From Nitrosopumilus sp. (GTDB lineage: Archaea; Thermoproteota; Nitrososphaeria; Nitrososphaerales; Nitrosopumilaceae): a DNA stretch of 64,000 nt. Position numbers and translations under genes: made by a program. The stretch spans positions 544,001-608,000 of the forward strand of contig OZ252243.1 of assembly GCA_965249555.1 (NCBI GenBank). Direction: 5' to 3'. Every line of letters begins with the position of its first letter. Position 1 is the first letter of the stretch. Below, piece after piece: positions 8,989-20,434 of this stretch. The notes below the pieces were generated by a model. The model searched no databases. It was not told where the DNA came from and was given only the letters and a program-made list of their open reading frames with translations.

Positions 8989-9093
8989 CTATTACTTTAT
9001 AAGAGTATTGTTTAATGGTTCTGTGGCGTCTTAGGTGAATATTCTTGATATTTGGAGTGTTGAGTGTTAGTGGAAAGTTAGAACATTTTGTGC

Positions 9094-9485
9094 CTAATTA
9101 TGCCCATCAAAAGCCATTGAGGTAAATATCTTAAATTGACATTTGGTACACTGCCAAGATTTGAAATCAGGCTCATATTCAAAGTCAGTAGATACTTCAA
9201 GTAATACAATATCATCATTTGTAGGATTATTTTCTTCATCTTGAGAACAGTGCTGACAAATCAGACTAGAAATCTGTCGCTTTTTCTCTTCACCAAATTT
9301 TTTCTCTATTACATCAAGATAAGATCTAGCTATTGCTAAAGTATCAGCATTAATCTCGATATTTCCCATATTGGGTACAGTCAATCTTGCTAAAGCATCA
9401 ATATTATCTTGGGAGGAAACTTGGTTTTGCATCACAGTGTTTCTACCATCACTACCGTTTGCAGTTGTATTAAGTTCATTGGTAT
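9094..9485 (-). pseudogene. 5'-truncated hypothetical protein with C-terminal CxxC...CxxC zinc ribbon
   Basis: ICQHC...WQCTKC; the frame stays open upstream to about 9485, where it meets the transposase fragment. Confidence 0.5.
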
Positions 9486-10046
9486 CTTACTGACTGTCAA
9501 TTCTGCCATTCACAGAATATCAAAAAACATGCAATTAGACATAATCAATCAGGTGATATTCAAAGATTCGTATGTACTGATTGTCATAAGACATTCTCAA
9601 TCAATTTAGGATTTGAAAAGATGAAGTCAAGCCCTGAAACAATTACTAACGCATTACAACTTTACTTTTCAGGTGAATCCCTAAGTATTCAGAAATTCTT
9701 GAAGCTTCAAGGGGTGACCGTAGACCATACTACAATCTACAAGTGGATTACAAAATATACTAAACTAATGAAATCACATCTTGACAAGATAACACCTCAA
9801 GTCGGTGACGCATGGAGAACTGACGAAGTCTACACAAAGATTCGGGGTGAAATGAAATACGTATTTTCACTTATGGATTCAGAGACTCGTTTTTGGATTG
9901 CACAGGAAGTCTTGGACAGAAAGGAAGGAGCTGATGCAAGTTCATTGTTTAGAATAGGAAAAGAAATTACAAAAATAAAACCTAAGGTGATAATCACTGA
10001 CGGTTTACATTCCTATTCAGAAGCTTATCGTAAGACCTTTTTCTAA
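9486..10046 (+). pseudogene. IS6-like (IS240-type DDE) transposase fragment with Zn-finger, truncated at both ends
   Basis: In-frame CQFCH...CTDCH upstream of the ATG at 9621, then VDHTTIYKWI, WRTDEVY, IITDG; the third catalytic Glu region is absent. Confidence 0.85.
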
Positions 10047-10068
10047 CTTCAAAAATTGAGTAATGAAG

Positions 10069-10263
10069 TTATGAGTGATTAGTAGCTTCCACAATTTCTG
10101 CTAGTCCATTCAAGTATGCTTTGCCCTCTAAAAGAGAACCTTCGAATGTGATGTCAGCAGAACCGTTTTCTAGATTTTGTTTGAATTTTTGAACTTCATC
10201 AACTTGTTCTTTAGTCAATACAATATTCTTGATTTGTGCTAATGCTTCCATGTTGTGAATCAA
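10069..10263 (-). CDS. Small hypothetical protein or fragment
   Basis: 64-aa ORF, no recognisable motif. Confidence 0.35.
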   Translation of the reverse strand: MIHNMEALAQIKNIVLTKEQVDEVQKFKQNLENGSADITFEGSLLEGKAYLNGLAEIVEATNHS

Positions 10264-11810
10264 CTTTTTATGGTTAATAATTGTTATTCAGAACATGTTT
10301 GTTACAAATAGACTAACAGATAAGGAAAATTTACCAACGATCTAATTCAAACCTTTGTTTCCAATTCAGATATAATTTAGAGAACCTACATTTCCACTAA
10401 GATGCCACTATCAATAGCGGTAGAAAGTATGGTATCGCCTAAAGTGCCGCCAACCGATTTTTTACGCCTAGAATACCAACCGTAGGCTTGACAGAACCAT
10501 CATAATTTATATTATATAATTCCAAATAAATGATAATCACACTTTAATTATATAATAATATAATTCAATGTTAAATTTATAATGTATATTGTTTATTTTT
10601 TGCCCAAATGATAAACCACATATCCGTACTGCGAGATTGTTTCATTGTGTATTGACTCAAAGTTGTATTTCTCTATACTATTTACTGCCTTGTATAATCC
10701 CTCATCACAAATAATACCATTTCGATGTGCCATATGATTAATCTTTGAGCAACGATTAACAGTTGAACCAAATATGTCACGTACATTAGATGTAGTACTG
10801 CTTGCCACACGTACCAACCCCAATGCTATACTTACTCTATAATTTACTTGTGGCAATCCAATATTCTCAAGTGTATCAGATATCATACCATGAGATTCGC
10901 ATATATCAATACAGCAATCAATGGCATTAGATATTGATAACTTGCTTTTATCATGTATGGTAAATGAGAAAAGCAGTGCATCGCCAATATTTTTAATCAC
11001 CACTCCTTCAAATTTTTTAACAATCTCTGCTATTTCATTGAGAAATGTCTCATAAAGTTTGGCTGACATTGAATCAGATAGATTCTGTGTAATCTTTGTA
11101 GAATCAATTATATCAATTAGGCAAACGCAGTCAGTCTCAGAAACTTTAGAAAATCGTAATAGTATATCTTCTTCATAACTAATTACATCTTCTTTTTGCT
11201 TTATTATTTTTATCTGTTCTTTGAGCTTTTTTGCCATAGAGTCAACTGCTACAGAGAGCTGACCTATCTCGTCTGCTGAATCAATACCAGTATTTACATC
11301 CAGTCTTCCTTCTGCGATATTTTTTGCAGCATCAGTTAGTTTTACAAGTGATCCCGAGATCTTTCTTGATGTAAAAAATGCTATTGCACCCATCATCATA
11401 ATTATGATAGGGCTAATTATGACCAGCTGGTTTTGCAGTTGTATTAATGGCTCTAGCACCTCGTCACTATCAATTTCTGCAAGTAAAATGAATCCTGGAG
11501 CACAATATGTTGCACCAAATATTGGAGTTCCTCTGTAATCTAAATATTGACCAACTGTATTCTCACTACCTTTAATACAGTTTTTTACTCCAAGCGTATC
11601 AACTTTTTGAGTGTATTGCGCATGTGAAATGAATCGGGATTCAGTTATCATGAGATAATCATAATTTACAAGATATATCTCACCAGTATTGCCATGACCG
11701 CTATGGTCAAGCAGTATTTTGTTTATACTGTGTATATAGCTAGTTATAATGACTGCACCTAATGGGATATCAAAATCACCGATTTGAGCTGCAGCGTATA
11801 TCCTACTATC

Positions 11811-13231
11811 GTATGTATCAACCTTCACGCACAAATCAACACTATTACACAAAAAGATCTAAGATCAACTAAATCATCATACAAAACATGTCAGGTTGTG
11901 GTCATGAGAAAATCATCATACAGCTGCAAGCAGAGATAAAACAACTAAAACTAATCATAGAAAATCTCATAGAATCAAACAAGGAACTGCAAAAAAAGCT
12001 GTCATATTATGAGAATGCGCACTCTCCGCCATCAAAGAATTCCCTTGAATGGAGAAAGCAAAAAAGACAACACAGACAGCCAGGCAAATCAAGACGTGGT
12101 GGAATAGCAGGACACGTTGGCAAGACACAGAAATTCAGACCAACTAGCACCAAACACCACAGATCAGATGCATGTCCCAAATGCGGTAGTGAAAATATTC
12201 ATCAAACCAAAACCTGCAAAAGGATAATGGTTGAGATTCCTCCACCAACACCCTACGGTATAACTGAGCATGTTTTGAATCAATACATCTGCATGGACTG
12301 TTCTGATAATTTTCAAACCACGGGAAACCTTCCACTACATGGATGTTTTGATGGTTCAGTGATACGTGAGGTCGTCTCACTGTTCTCAAAGAGATTGACA
12401 TACGATGCTATCAGAACCACACTCTATGAAAGATATGGATTAGAAATCAGCAATACAACCGTACAATCCATTCTTCGCAACGGTAGTGTGATGTTAGAGT
12501 CATTTTACAATACAATCCACAGCGAAATCGTGACTGAAAATATTCTCGGAATCGATGAGACAGGATTTTCAATTGATGGAAATACTGGATGGATGTGGGT
12601 TGCAAGAAGCAAGACTAGTGCACAGTATGCCTTGGAGTACAGCAGAGGTGCCAATGTTCTAAAAAAGTACTGGAAGAAATTCAAAGGAACCCTAGTGTCT
12701 GACGGATATGCTCCGTACAGGACAGTATTTTGTGATAACACAAAGCAGAGATGCACCGCACACCTGCAGCGCGATGCCAAATATCTGGCAATAAAATCAC
12801 AGGACAAAAAGGCCAGGATTCTATATGAGAAACTCTCAGGGATGCTAGGTCATGCCAGGGTTTGGAGTGTAGGTAATCGTCATACAAAACGGCGGGAAAC
12901 GTACAGGAATGATTTACTAAAACAGCTGGACCGTATCATTGCACGATATTTGAAAGGTGATACGGAGATGGTTCAGTTTGGCAAGAAGCTAAAGACTGCA
13001 AGGAACAGCATGTTTACGTTTGTCATGGATGGCGATGTCCCGTCAACTAACAATGATGCAGAGAATTCCATTCGAAAGTGCGTGATGCAGAGGAATGTTC
13101 GCGGGCAGATGAAGAGTGATCAGGGCATGAGGATGATCTCAGTCTTTCTCACATGCTTTGAGACATGGAGAATAAGGGAATTGAACATGTTTTCTGAGAT
13201 GGCAAAATACATCTAAGTGCTTGATTCATAC
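11811..13231 (+). mobile_element. IS66-family insertion sequence (single-ORF type), 1421 bp, 8-bp TSD CTACTATC
   Basis: TSD at 11803-11810 and 13232-13239; ends GTATGTATCAA / TTGATTCATAC. Confidence 0.93.
11888..13216 (+). CDS. IS66-family transposase
   Basis: Coiled coil, HSPPS, GGIAGH, CPKC...CMDC, IDETG, SDGY, QRCTAHLQR, TNNDAENSIR. Confidence 0.93.
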   Translation: MSGCGHEKIIIQLQAEIKQLKLIIENLIESNKELQKKLSYYENAHSPPSKNSLEWRKQKRQHRQPGKSRRGGIAGHVGKTQKFRPTSTKHHRSDACPKCGSENIHQTKTCKRIMVEIPPPTPYGITEHVLNQYICMDCSDNFQTTGNLPLHGCFDGSVIREVVSLFSKRLTYDAIRTTLYERYGLEISNTTVQSILRNGSVMLESFYNTIHSEIVTENILGIDETGFSIDGNTGWMWVARSKTSAQYALEYSRGANVLKKYWKKFKGTLVSDGYAPYRTVFCDNTKQRCTAHLQRDAKYLAIKSQDKKARILYEKLSGMLGHARVWSVGNRHTKRRETYRNDLLKQLDRIIARYLKGDTEMVQFGKKLKTARNSMFTFVMDGDVPSTNNDAENSIRKCVMQRNVRGQMKSDQGMRMISVFLTCFETWRIRELNMFSEMAKYI

Positions 13232-13837
13232 CTACTATCAGGTATATCCCCCACAGATGCTCCAAACTCTGCAAAATTATCCCCACTGATTGCTCGCAGA
13301 AAGCGCGATTCCTCTGATATATTACTAGTTTGTCTCCTATCAAGTGAGAAGAGCACTTTTCCCATACCATCAGATATTATGATATTGTCAATCTCTGCAT
13401 TTTTTATGACACTTTCAAACTCTGTCATATATGATAGAAACATCTTATCAGAGTCTATTGTTGATTCGTATTTAGTGGAATTTAACTTGAGAACTAGTTG
13501 TTTAATCTCGAATTCATTTGCAAGTATATGTGCATGTGTTTCCCTTGAATCCAGAATGTTTTGAATTGATATTCCACTTATTGTAGCTTCGTCTTGTAGT
13601 TGGTCTGAGGTTTGTTGTAGGATAATATCTTTTGTTGACTCTAATGTTATGACCATGGTAATAACAATAGTAAAAAGAGATATTACAACTGCCTGAAAGA
13701 CTAGCTTTCGTGCTATGCTTGTGTTTATTCTCAATACCATATATCACATTAGTGATATATTAAAGTCATATCTGTATTGGCAAAGTTTATCATTTTTTTT
13801 GAATCATGTTATTTATGCCAAGATAATGATTCATTTT

Positions 13838-14638
13838 TTATTTTAGATATTTTACAAGGATTTGTTTTGCCATATCATTAATGGTAATATCATTTCGCTC
13901 TGCTTTTTGCTTTAACTTTTTGGCTGCACTTTTTGATAGTTTTACAGATATATTTTGACGAATAACAGACAGCTTTGAGAGTTTGAGCAGTTTAAGATGT
14001 GACATTTTGGGATGATACAATAACAAAGAGATATAGTGTTTTTTTAGTTGAGAATCCAGATTTTGTATCTTTATGGAGATATTTTTGGCACGATCTGTAT
14101 TGGGTACTGCCAAGTATAGTTTGGTTATATCATCTCGGGATATTATTTTTGGAACTAGCTCTTTTAGAGAATCAGGTACTGCCACATACCCAAGATACTT
14201 GTATAGTGTTGCAAGTGTAATGCCCAGATGTCGTGCAGCTTGTGTCTTTCCCATTTTTTCAGTCAGAATAGTAGCTGCAAGTATGATATCTTTGTTATTC
14301 ATGTCATTTCTGTGAATGTTCTCCACTACTGAGGATGCTTTTGCTTGGTCTATTGACATTTGAGATTTTTTTGTAATGACATGAGCAGGAATGGTTTTGG
14401 CATGCAGTCTTTTCATTGCAGCCAGTCTTCGCTGGCCTGACATTAGCAAATATTGATTTTTTGCAATCTTTTGTACCAGTGGTGGGTTGAGCAATCCATC
14501 ATGTTTAATTGATTTTGCTAGTTGTGTAATTCCATCTCGGTCTAGTTTCCGAGCTTGTGCTTGACTCCAAACTTTGATGTATTTAATTGGGATTTCTCGT
14601 AGAACATATGAGATTTTTGGAGTATACCGTTTTACCAA
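13838..14638 (-). CDS. ParB/Srx-family protein with HTH and possible C-terminal ribbon-helix-helix
   Basis: LAKSIKHDGLLNPPLV...SGQRRLAA, VVENIHR, QAARHLGI; C-terminal ISVKLSK...LVKYLK. Confidence 0.85.
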   Translation of the reverse strand: MVKRYTPKISYVLREIPIKYIKVWSQAQARKLDRDGITQLAKSIKHDGLLNPPLVQKIAKNQYLLMSGQRRLAAMKRLHAKTIPAHVITKKSQMSIDQAKASSVVENIHRNDMNNKDIILAATILTEKMGKTQAARHLGITLATLYKYLGYVAVPDSLKELVPKIISRDDITKLYLAVPNTDRAKNISIKIQNLDSQLKKHYISLLLYHPKMSHLKLLKLSKLSVIRQNISVKLSKSAAKKLKQKAERNDITINDMAKQILVKYLK

Positions 14639-14713
14639 TAAATCAATGAATTAGGATATGTGATAAAAGAGGATTTGTTTATTATTAATAATGATTTGAT
14701 TTAATAATTTTCT

Positions 14714-15589
14714 TTACAAAACCGTTACACCATCTAGTCCTCGTTTATGTGCCATTAACTTCTCAGCAATGTTTGGATTTAGACCTTCACTGATTTTTAA
14801 AATTGTATTGAATCGTTTGCGAAAGCCATATGTTAATGCATTGTCATATCTTGCGGCTTTTTTGGTCCTTTCAATTCCTGCATTCTTTATAACTCTGGTT
14901 AAAATATGTCGTACAGCACGAAACTGAATTGGTTTTCCTTTATTTTCAAATAATGGAGATTCATCATCCAAGTGTTCACCATTTAATTTTCTTGATCTAA
15001 CGTAATAATCAATTGCCTGTACTGCCTCTTGAGTCAAAAATGACCAATATTCCTCCTTTGATTCTTTGTATAACATTACAGCTTTGCAACCATCAGGAAT
15101 ATCTATCAAATCACTAATCTTTAAAACAGGATCATGTAGTGCATTTGGCCTAATTCCTGTGCTGGTAAAAAAATGAATGAGTGCCTCTGTTCTAAATTTT
15201 GGTGAACCATCAAGCATTCTCTTAATTTCATCAGTAGTGTATGGTCTCTCTCCTCCCTGCTTTTTGCCCTCAATTGGAAATAGTTTTCTAATCACCCTTT
15301 TAGGATAAATTATCTCATTCATATCATGGAATAGCTCTATTGATGACAGATACAAACTGATACTAGAATGAGTCAATTTTTTACTATTAAGATATACAGT
15401 GTAGGATACAAGTAATTCTTTGAGTTTGACATGATTCATCTTTGTGAATTGGCAGTATGATTTTACTTTGCAGAAATCCTTGAATTTTTCCATTGATCTA
15501 GTATATGATAATCTGGTAGCATCAGTTTTTAAGGCATTTACAAATAATTGCCAGCATGAATCTATGTTTCTTCTATGAACTACTAACAA
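14714..15589 (-). pseudogene. Tyrosine recombinase/integrase truncated just before the catalytic Tyr
   Basis: STGIRPNAL (R), YGFRKRF, LMAHKRGLDGV followed by TVL* where Y is expected. Confidence 0.8.
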
Positions 15590-15647
15590 TTAATAGATAC
15601 TTTCGCGAGTCATTAGATTTAATTATTGAAAATCAACAGTGTTGTTC

Positions 15648-16562
15648 ATGATTACTATAATTGGTTCAGGTAAAGTAGGCGGGGATGCCGCATTATTCTC
15701 TGCATTAAAGCGACTAGATGATCAAATTTTGTTATTAGATGTTGTTGAAGGACTTCCACAAGGAGAAGCAATGGATATCAACCATATGTTATCAGAACAG
15801 GGAATTGATGTTGAGGTAAAAGGTTCAAATGATTATGCAGATATGAAAGGCTCAAACATTGTTGTAGTTGTTGCAGGTTCTGGAAGAAAACCAGGAATGA
15901 CAAGAATGGATCTTTTGAAGATTAATGCCTCAGTTGTCAAGAGTGTTGTTGAGAATATCAAAAAATATGCTGATGACTCTATGATTATTCCAGTTACAAA
16001 TCCACTGGATCCAATGGCTTACATAACTTACAAGTTATCAGGATTTGATAGAAGCAGAGTCTTTGGGATGGGAGGAATGCTTGACTTGTCAAGATTTAAA
16101 CAATTTATCCATGAGGCAACAGGACATTCTCATGATTCAATCAGAGCACTAGTAATTGGCGAACATGGAGAAAATATGCTACCATTGCCAAGATTTTCAT
16201 CTGTTTCAGGTATTCCGTTATCATCTTTTCTTTCAAAAGAAAAATTGGATGAATTGGTTCAAAATACCAAACAAGTTGCAGCTAAAGTTATTGAATTAAA
16301 AGGTGCCACAGTACATGCACCAGGAAACGCAATTTCTTCAATTGTTGAATCAGTTATAAGAGATAGAAAACAAGTCATTCCAGTTGCAACATATCTTGAT
16401 GGAGAATATGGTCATTCAGACGTTACAATTGGAGTTCCAGCAGTTATTGGAAAGAATGGTGTAGAGAAAATCATAGAACTAGACCTAAATGATGAAGAAA
16501 AACAAGTCTTTGAAAAAGGAGTGGAGAGTGTGAAAAGCGCCATCTCAGGTATTGAAATCTAA
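15648..16562 (+). CDS. mdh: Malate dehydrogenase
   Basis: [27 protein letters not shown]. Confidence 0.95.
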   Translation: MITIIGSGKVGGDAALFSALKRLDDQILLLDVVEGLPQGEAMDINHMLSEQGIDVEVKGSNDYADMKGSNIVVVVAGSGRKPGMTRMDLLKINASVVKSVVENIKKYADDSMIIPVTNPLDPMAYITYKLSGFDRSRVFGMGGMLDLSRFKQFIHEATGHSHDSIRALVIGEHGENMLPLPRFSSVSGIPLSSFLSKEKLDELVQNTKQVAAKVIELKGATVHAPGNAISSIVESVIRDRKQVIPVATYLDGEYGHSDVTIGVPAVIGKNGVEKIIELDLNDEEKQVFEKGVESVKSAISGIEI

Positions 16563-16595
16563 GCCTTTTTTTATCCAAACAAAGAAAAATCATCA

Positions 16596-17369
16596 TTGGA
16601 AATTTATGAAATCTTGGAATCATTGAAAGCAGATAAAATTTCAGTTAATCACGCAAAAAAGCTCCTTTCATTATATTCTATTGAAGAAGTAGAGGGATTT
16701 GCTAAAATTGACATCAATCGAAGAAAGAGAAGAGGTGTTCCAGAAGTGATTTTTGCTGAAACAAAAGAACCAGATGAAATTAAAAAAATTATAAAGAAAA
16801 CTCTGGAAAAATCAAATTCGGTAATGGTCTCAAGAATTAATAAAAAAGATAATCCAAAAATTTTGGCATTTGCAAAAAGATTAAAAGTCAAAATAAGAAC
16901 TGGAAAAAATTCATCATCGTTGCTGTTATTTAAAAAACCCATAAAATTTCATGGAGGAAAAGTAGGGATTCTTACTGCAGGCACATCAGATATTGGAGTG
17001 GCAGAAGAATCTAGATTAATGTGTGAGGCAATGAATTGTAAATGCATAACAAGTTATGACGTAGGAGTTGCAGGTATTCAAAGAATTTTTCCAATTTTGA
17101 AAAAAATGATTAAAGAAGATGTAGATTGTATCATAGTAGCTGCAGGAATGGAAGGGGCTTTGGCCACACTTGTTTCTACCATGGTTGATATCCCAATCAT
17201 AGGAATACCAACATCTGTAGGATACGGATATGGAGAAAAAGGCATAGCTGCACTTGCATCAATGCTTCAAAGTTGTTCGTTAGGACTATCAGTGGTAAAT
17301 ATCGACAATGGGATTGCAGCAGGTGGAATTGCAGCAAATATTGCAAACAGAGCTGTCAGGAAAAAATAA
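16596..17369 (+). CDS. larB: LarB/PurE-like nickel pincer cofactor biosynthesis protein
   Basis: AGTSD, DVGVAG, AGMEGAL, PTSVGYG, VNIDNG. Confidence 0.9.
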   Translation: MEIYEILESLKADKISVNHAKKLLSLYSIEEVEGFAKIDINRRKRRGVPEVIFAETKEPDEIKKIIKKTLEKSNSVMVSRINKKDNPKILAFAKRLKVKIRTGKNSSSLLLFKKPIKFHGGKVGILTAGTSDIGVAEESRLMCEAMNCKCITSYDVGVAGIQRIFPILKKMIKEDVDCIIVAAGMEGALATLVSTMVDIPIIGIPTSVGYGYGEKGIAALASMLQSCSLGLSVVNIDNGIAAGGIAANIANRAVRKK

Positions 17370-17448
17370 TTCTAATTAAAATTTACAAATGAACTAGCCA
17401 AGTTATCCTCGTAAATGATATATAACATACCTTAGCGACGTTTTGTAG

Positions 17449-19029
17449 TTGGCTGGCAAACGTGTTGTACTTACTGCTGATCGTAGTTTAATGACAAATT
17501 ATAGAGGAAATTTTCTGTATGGTTTTATTGCATGTGGACCATATGAGGTTCTTCCTGAATGGGTTTTTGACAAAGTTTTCTGTCCATCAGTTGAAACAGA
17601 CAAAATAACTGGTGAAGTTAAAGTTGCTCAAGTAGGATTAAGGAGGGTAGAAAGCTCGCTGATTCAAGGAGGGTACAAAAGAGATGAGGTATTTCTTGCA
17701 CATCCTGAAATGCTACATAAATCAATTGGACCTGATACCAAGGTTGTAGGAATTAATGTAATGGATCCATTAGGAATGGCTCCAGTTACAACAACAATGT
17801 CACCAGAAAAACTATCCTATGTAGCAATGAAATTCAAAAAAATGTGTGCCAGTATTATTCAACTCAAAAAGAAATATGATTTCAAAGTTGTAGTTGGAGG
17901 TAATGGTGCATGGGAGTTAGCTAAATCAGATAGAATGAAAATTCACGGAATAGATACGGTAGTTGTAGGTGAAGCCGATGAGTTAGCAATAGATTTGTTC
18001 CAAGATCTTGAAAAAGGAGATGCACCAGAACTAATGCATTGTTTTGTTAGAAACCTTGAAAATATTCCAATGATTGAAGGCCCTACAATTAATTCCTTGA
18101 TTGAGGCAATGAGAGGTTGTGGCAGAGGATGTGACTTTTGTGACGTAAACAAAAGATCAAAGAAAGACCTGCCATTAGAAAGATTACAACATGAAGCAAA
18201 AATTAACTTAGATTATGGGTTTGATTCAATTTGGTTACATTCAGATGAGATGTTGCTTTATGGATGTGATAACAGAGACTTTGTTCCAAACAGAGATGTC
18301 ATTACTGACTTGTGGAAAGGACTCAAAGGATTAGGAGCAAACTTTATTGGAACTACACACATGACATTCTCAGCAGTTGCAGCAGATCCAACATTAATGC
18401 AACAAATTTCACACATCAATAAACAAGACGAAACAGGAAGATGGCTTGCAACAAATTTGGGAATTGAAACAGTAGCACCAAATTTGGTAAAGAAACATCT
18501 TGGTGTTAAAACAAAACCATTCTCACCTGAAGAGTGGGGAAGTGTTGTAATGGATGGTGCAAAAATTCTAAATGAAAATCACTGGTTCCCAGCTGCAACA
18601 ATTATCATTGGTTGGCCTGATGAAACTCCAGAGGATAACCAGTATACTATTGATATGATTAGCGACTTTAGAGAGATGAATTTTAGAGGACTAGTGGCAC
18701 CATTACTTTACCAAGACTTTAGTGAAAAGAATTCAATGCACTTTGGAAACTTGAATGAAGCACAATTTACTCTATTTTGGAGATGCTGGGAAAACAATCT
18801 ACGTGTAATTAATGACATTATTCCAATTATTCTTAGAAACAAGACCTATGGTCCACCAATGAAGGTCTTCATGTATGGTATTCTTAAAGCAGGAACTTGG
18901 GCAATTATGAGATATCTCAGAGGATTATGCAAAGATCTCTTTAATGGACGAACCCCAGAAGAAATTATGGACAAATATGCAAGAAGCAGATCAGTTACTG
19001 CACCTAGAATTCAAACAAAGAAATTATAG
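17449..19029 (+). CDS. B12-binding-domain radical SAM protein
   Basis: VVVGG...VVGEA, RGCGRGCDFC. Confidence 0.88.
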   Translation: MAGKRVVLTADRSLMTNYRGNFLYGFIACGPYEVLPEWVFDKVFCPSVETDKITGEVKVAQVGLRRVESSLIQGGYKRDEVFLAHPEMLHKSIGPDTKVVGINVMDPLGMAPVTTTMSPEKLSYVAMKFKKMCASIIQLKKKYDFKVVVGGNGAWELAKSDRMKIHGIDTVVVGEADELAIDLFQDLEKGDAPELMHCFVRNLENIPMIEGPTINSLIEAMRGCGRGCDFCDVNKRSKKDLPLERLQHEAKINLDYGFDSIWLHSDEMLLYGCDNRDFVPNRDVITDLWKGLKGLGANFIGTTHMTFSAVAADPTLMQQISHINKQDETGRWLATNLGIETVAPNLVKKHLGVKTKPFSPEEWGSVVMDGAKILNENHWFPAATIIIGWPDETPEDNQYTIDMISDFREMNFRGLVAPLLYQDFSEKNSMHFGNLNEAQFTLFWRCWENNLRVINDIIPIILRNKTYGPPMKVFMYGILKAGTWAIMRYLRGLCKDLFNGRTPEEIMDKYARSRSVTAPRIQTKKL

Positions 19030-19347
19030 ATTTTCAATAGCAACATCTGCTATAGTGTTTCGTTTTGGTGTTATAGAGATAAAGTAAACTTTGTCTGCTC
19101 TTTCAATACTTTCAACTTTCTTGAGAGACTTTGATGTAACATCAAATTCATAGATTCCGGGTTCAAGTGTACCTTTTGAATAAAGCATAAGGAATGTTTC
19201 TCCAGTTATTGGGCTAAGTGGAATAAATGACATTACATATCCTTTGTAAGAATTAACAGGCATTGTATTTTTCATTGGAGGAGCTGCTGATGCCATATAC
19301 ATGAAAAAGTCTTCGATTGTATCAAATTCTTCGTATTCAATATGCAT
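19024..19347 (-). CDS. Conserved hypothetical protein
   Basis: 107-aa ORF with an upstream TATA-like element, converging on the radical SAM gene. Confidence 0.7.
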   Translation of the reverse strand: MHIEYEEFDTIEDFFMYMASAAPPMKNTMPVNSYKGYVMSFIPLSPITGETFLMLYSKGTLEPGIYEFDVTSKSLKKVESIERADKVYFISITPKRNTIADVAIENL

Positions 19348-19402
19348 TAAATTTCATAATGTGTTTTAGTATAATAACCTACTAAAATGAAATAAGGCAA
19401 AA

Positions 19403-20410
<1,008 letters not shown>

Positions 20411-20434
20411 TCAATGAAATAAAAATTGACCAGA

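Larger units (their letters stand above)
10593..13740 (-). pseudogene. Membrane sensor (Cache-like)-HAMP-class III adenylate/guanylate cyclase, interrupted by the IS66-family element
   Basis: Removing the IS and one TSD restores GDIPDSRIYAAA in frame (1719 nt, 572 aa); DEIGQL HAMP; IDIIDST, KNIGDAL, DIFGSTVN cyclase motifs. Confidence 0.9.

Noticed and set aside
10500-10592. Very AT-rich patch with repeated ATTATATAAT as a possible origin or parS
   Set aside because: Low complexity makes such repeats expected by chance; no supporting feature
13778-13822. TTGGCA...TGCCAA inverted pair between parB and the cyclase
   Set aside because: Only 6-bp arms with a long spacer; not distinguishable from chance
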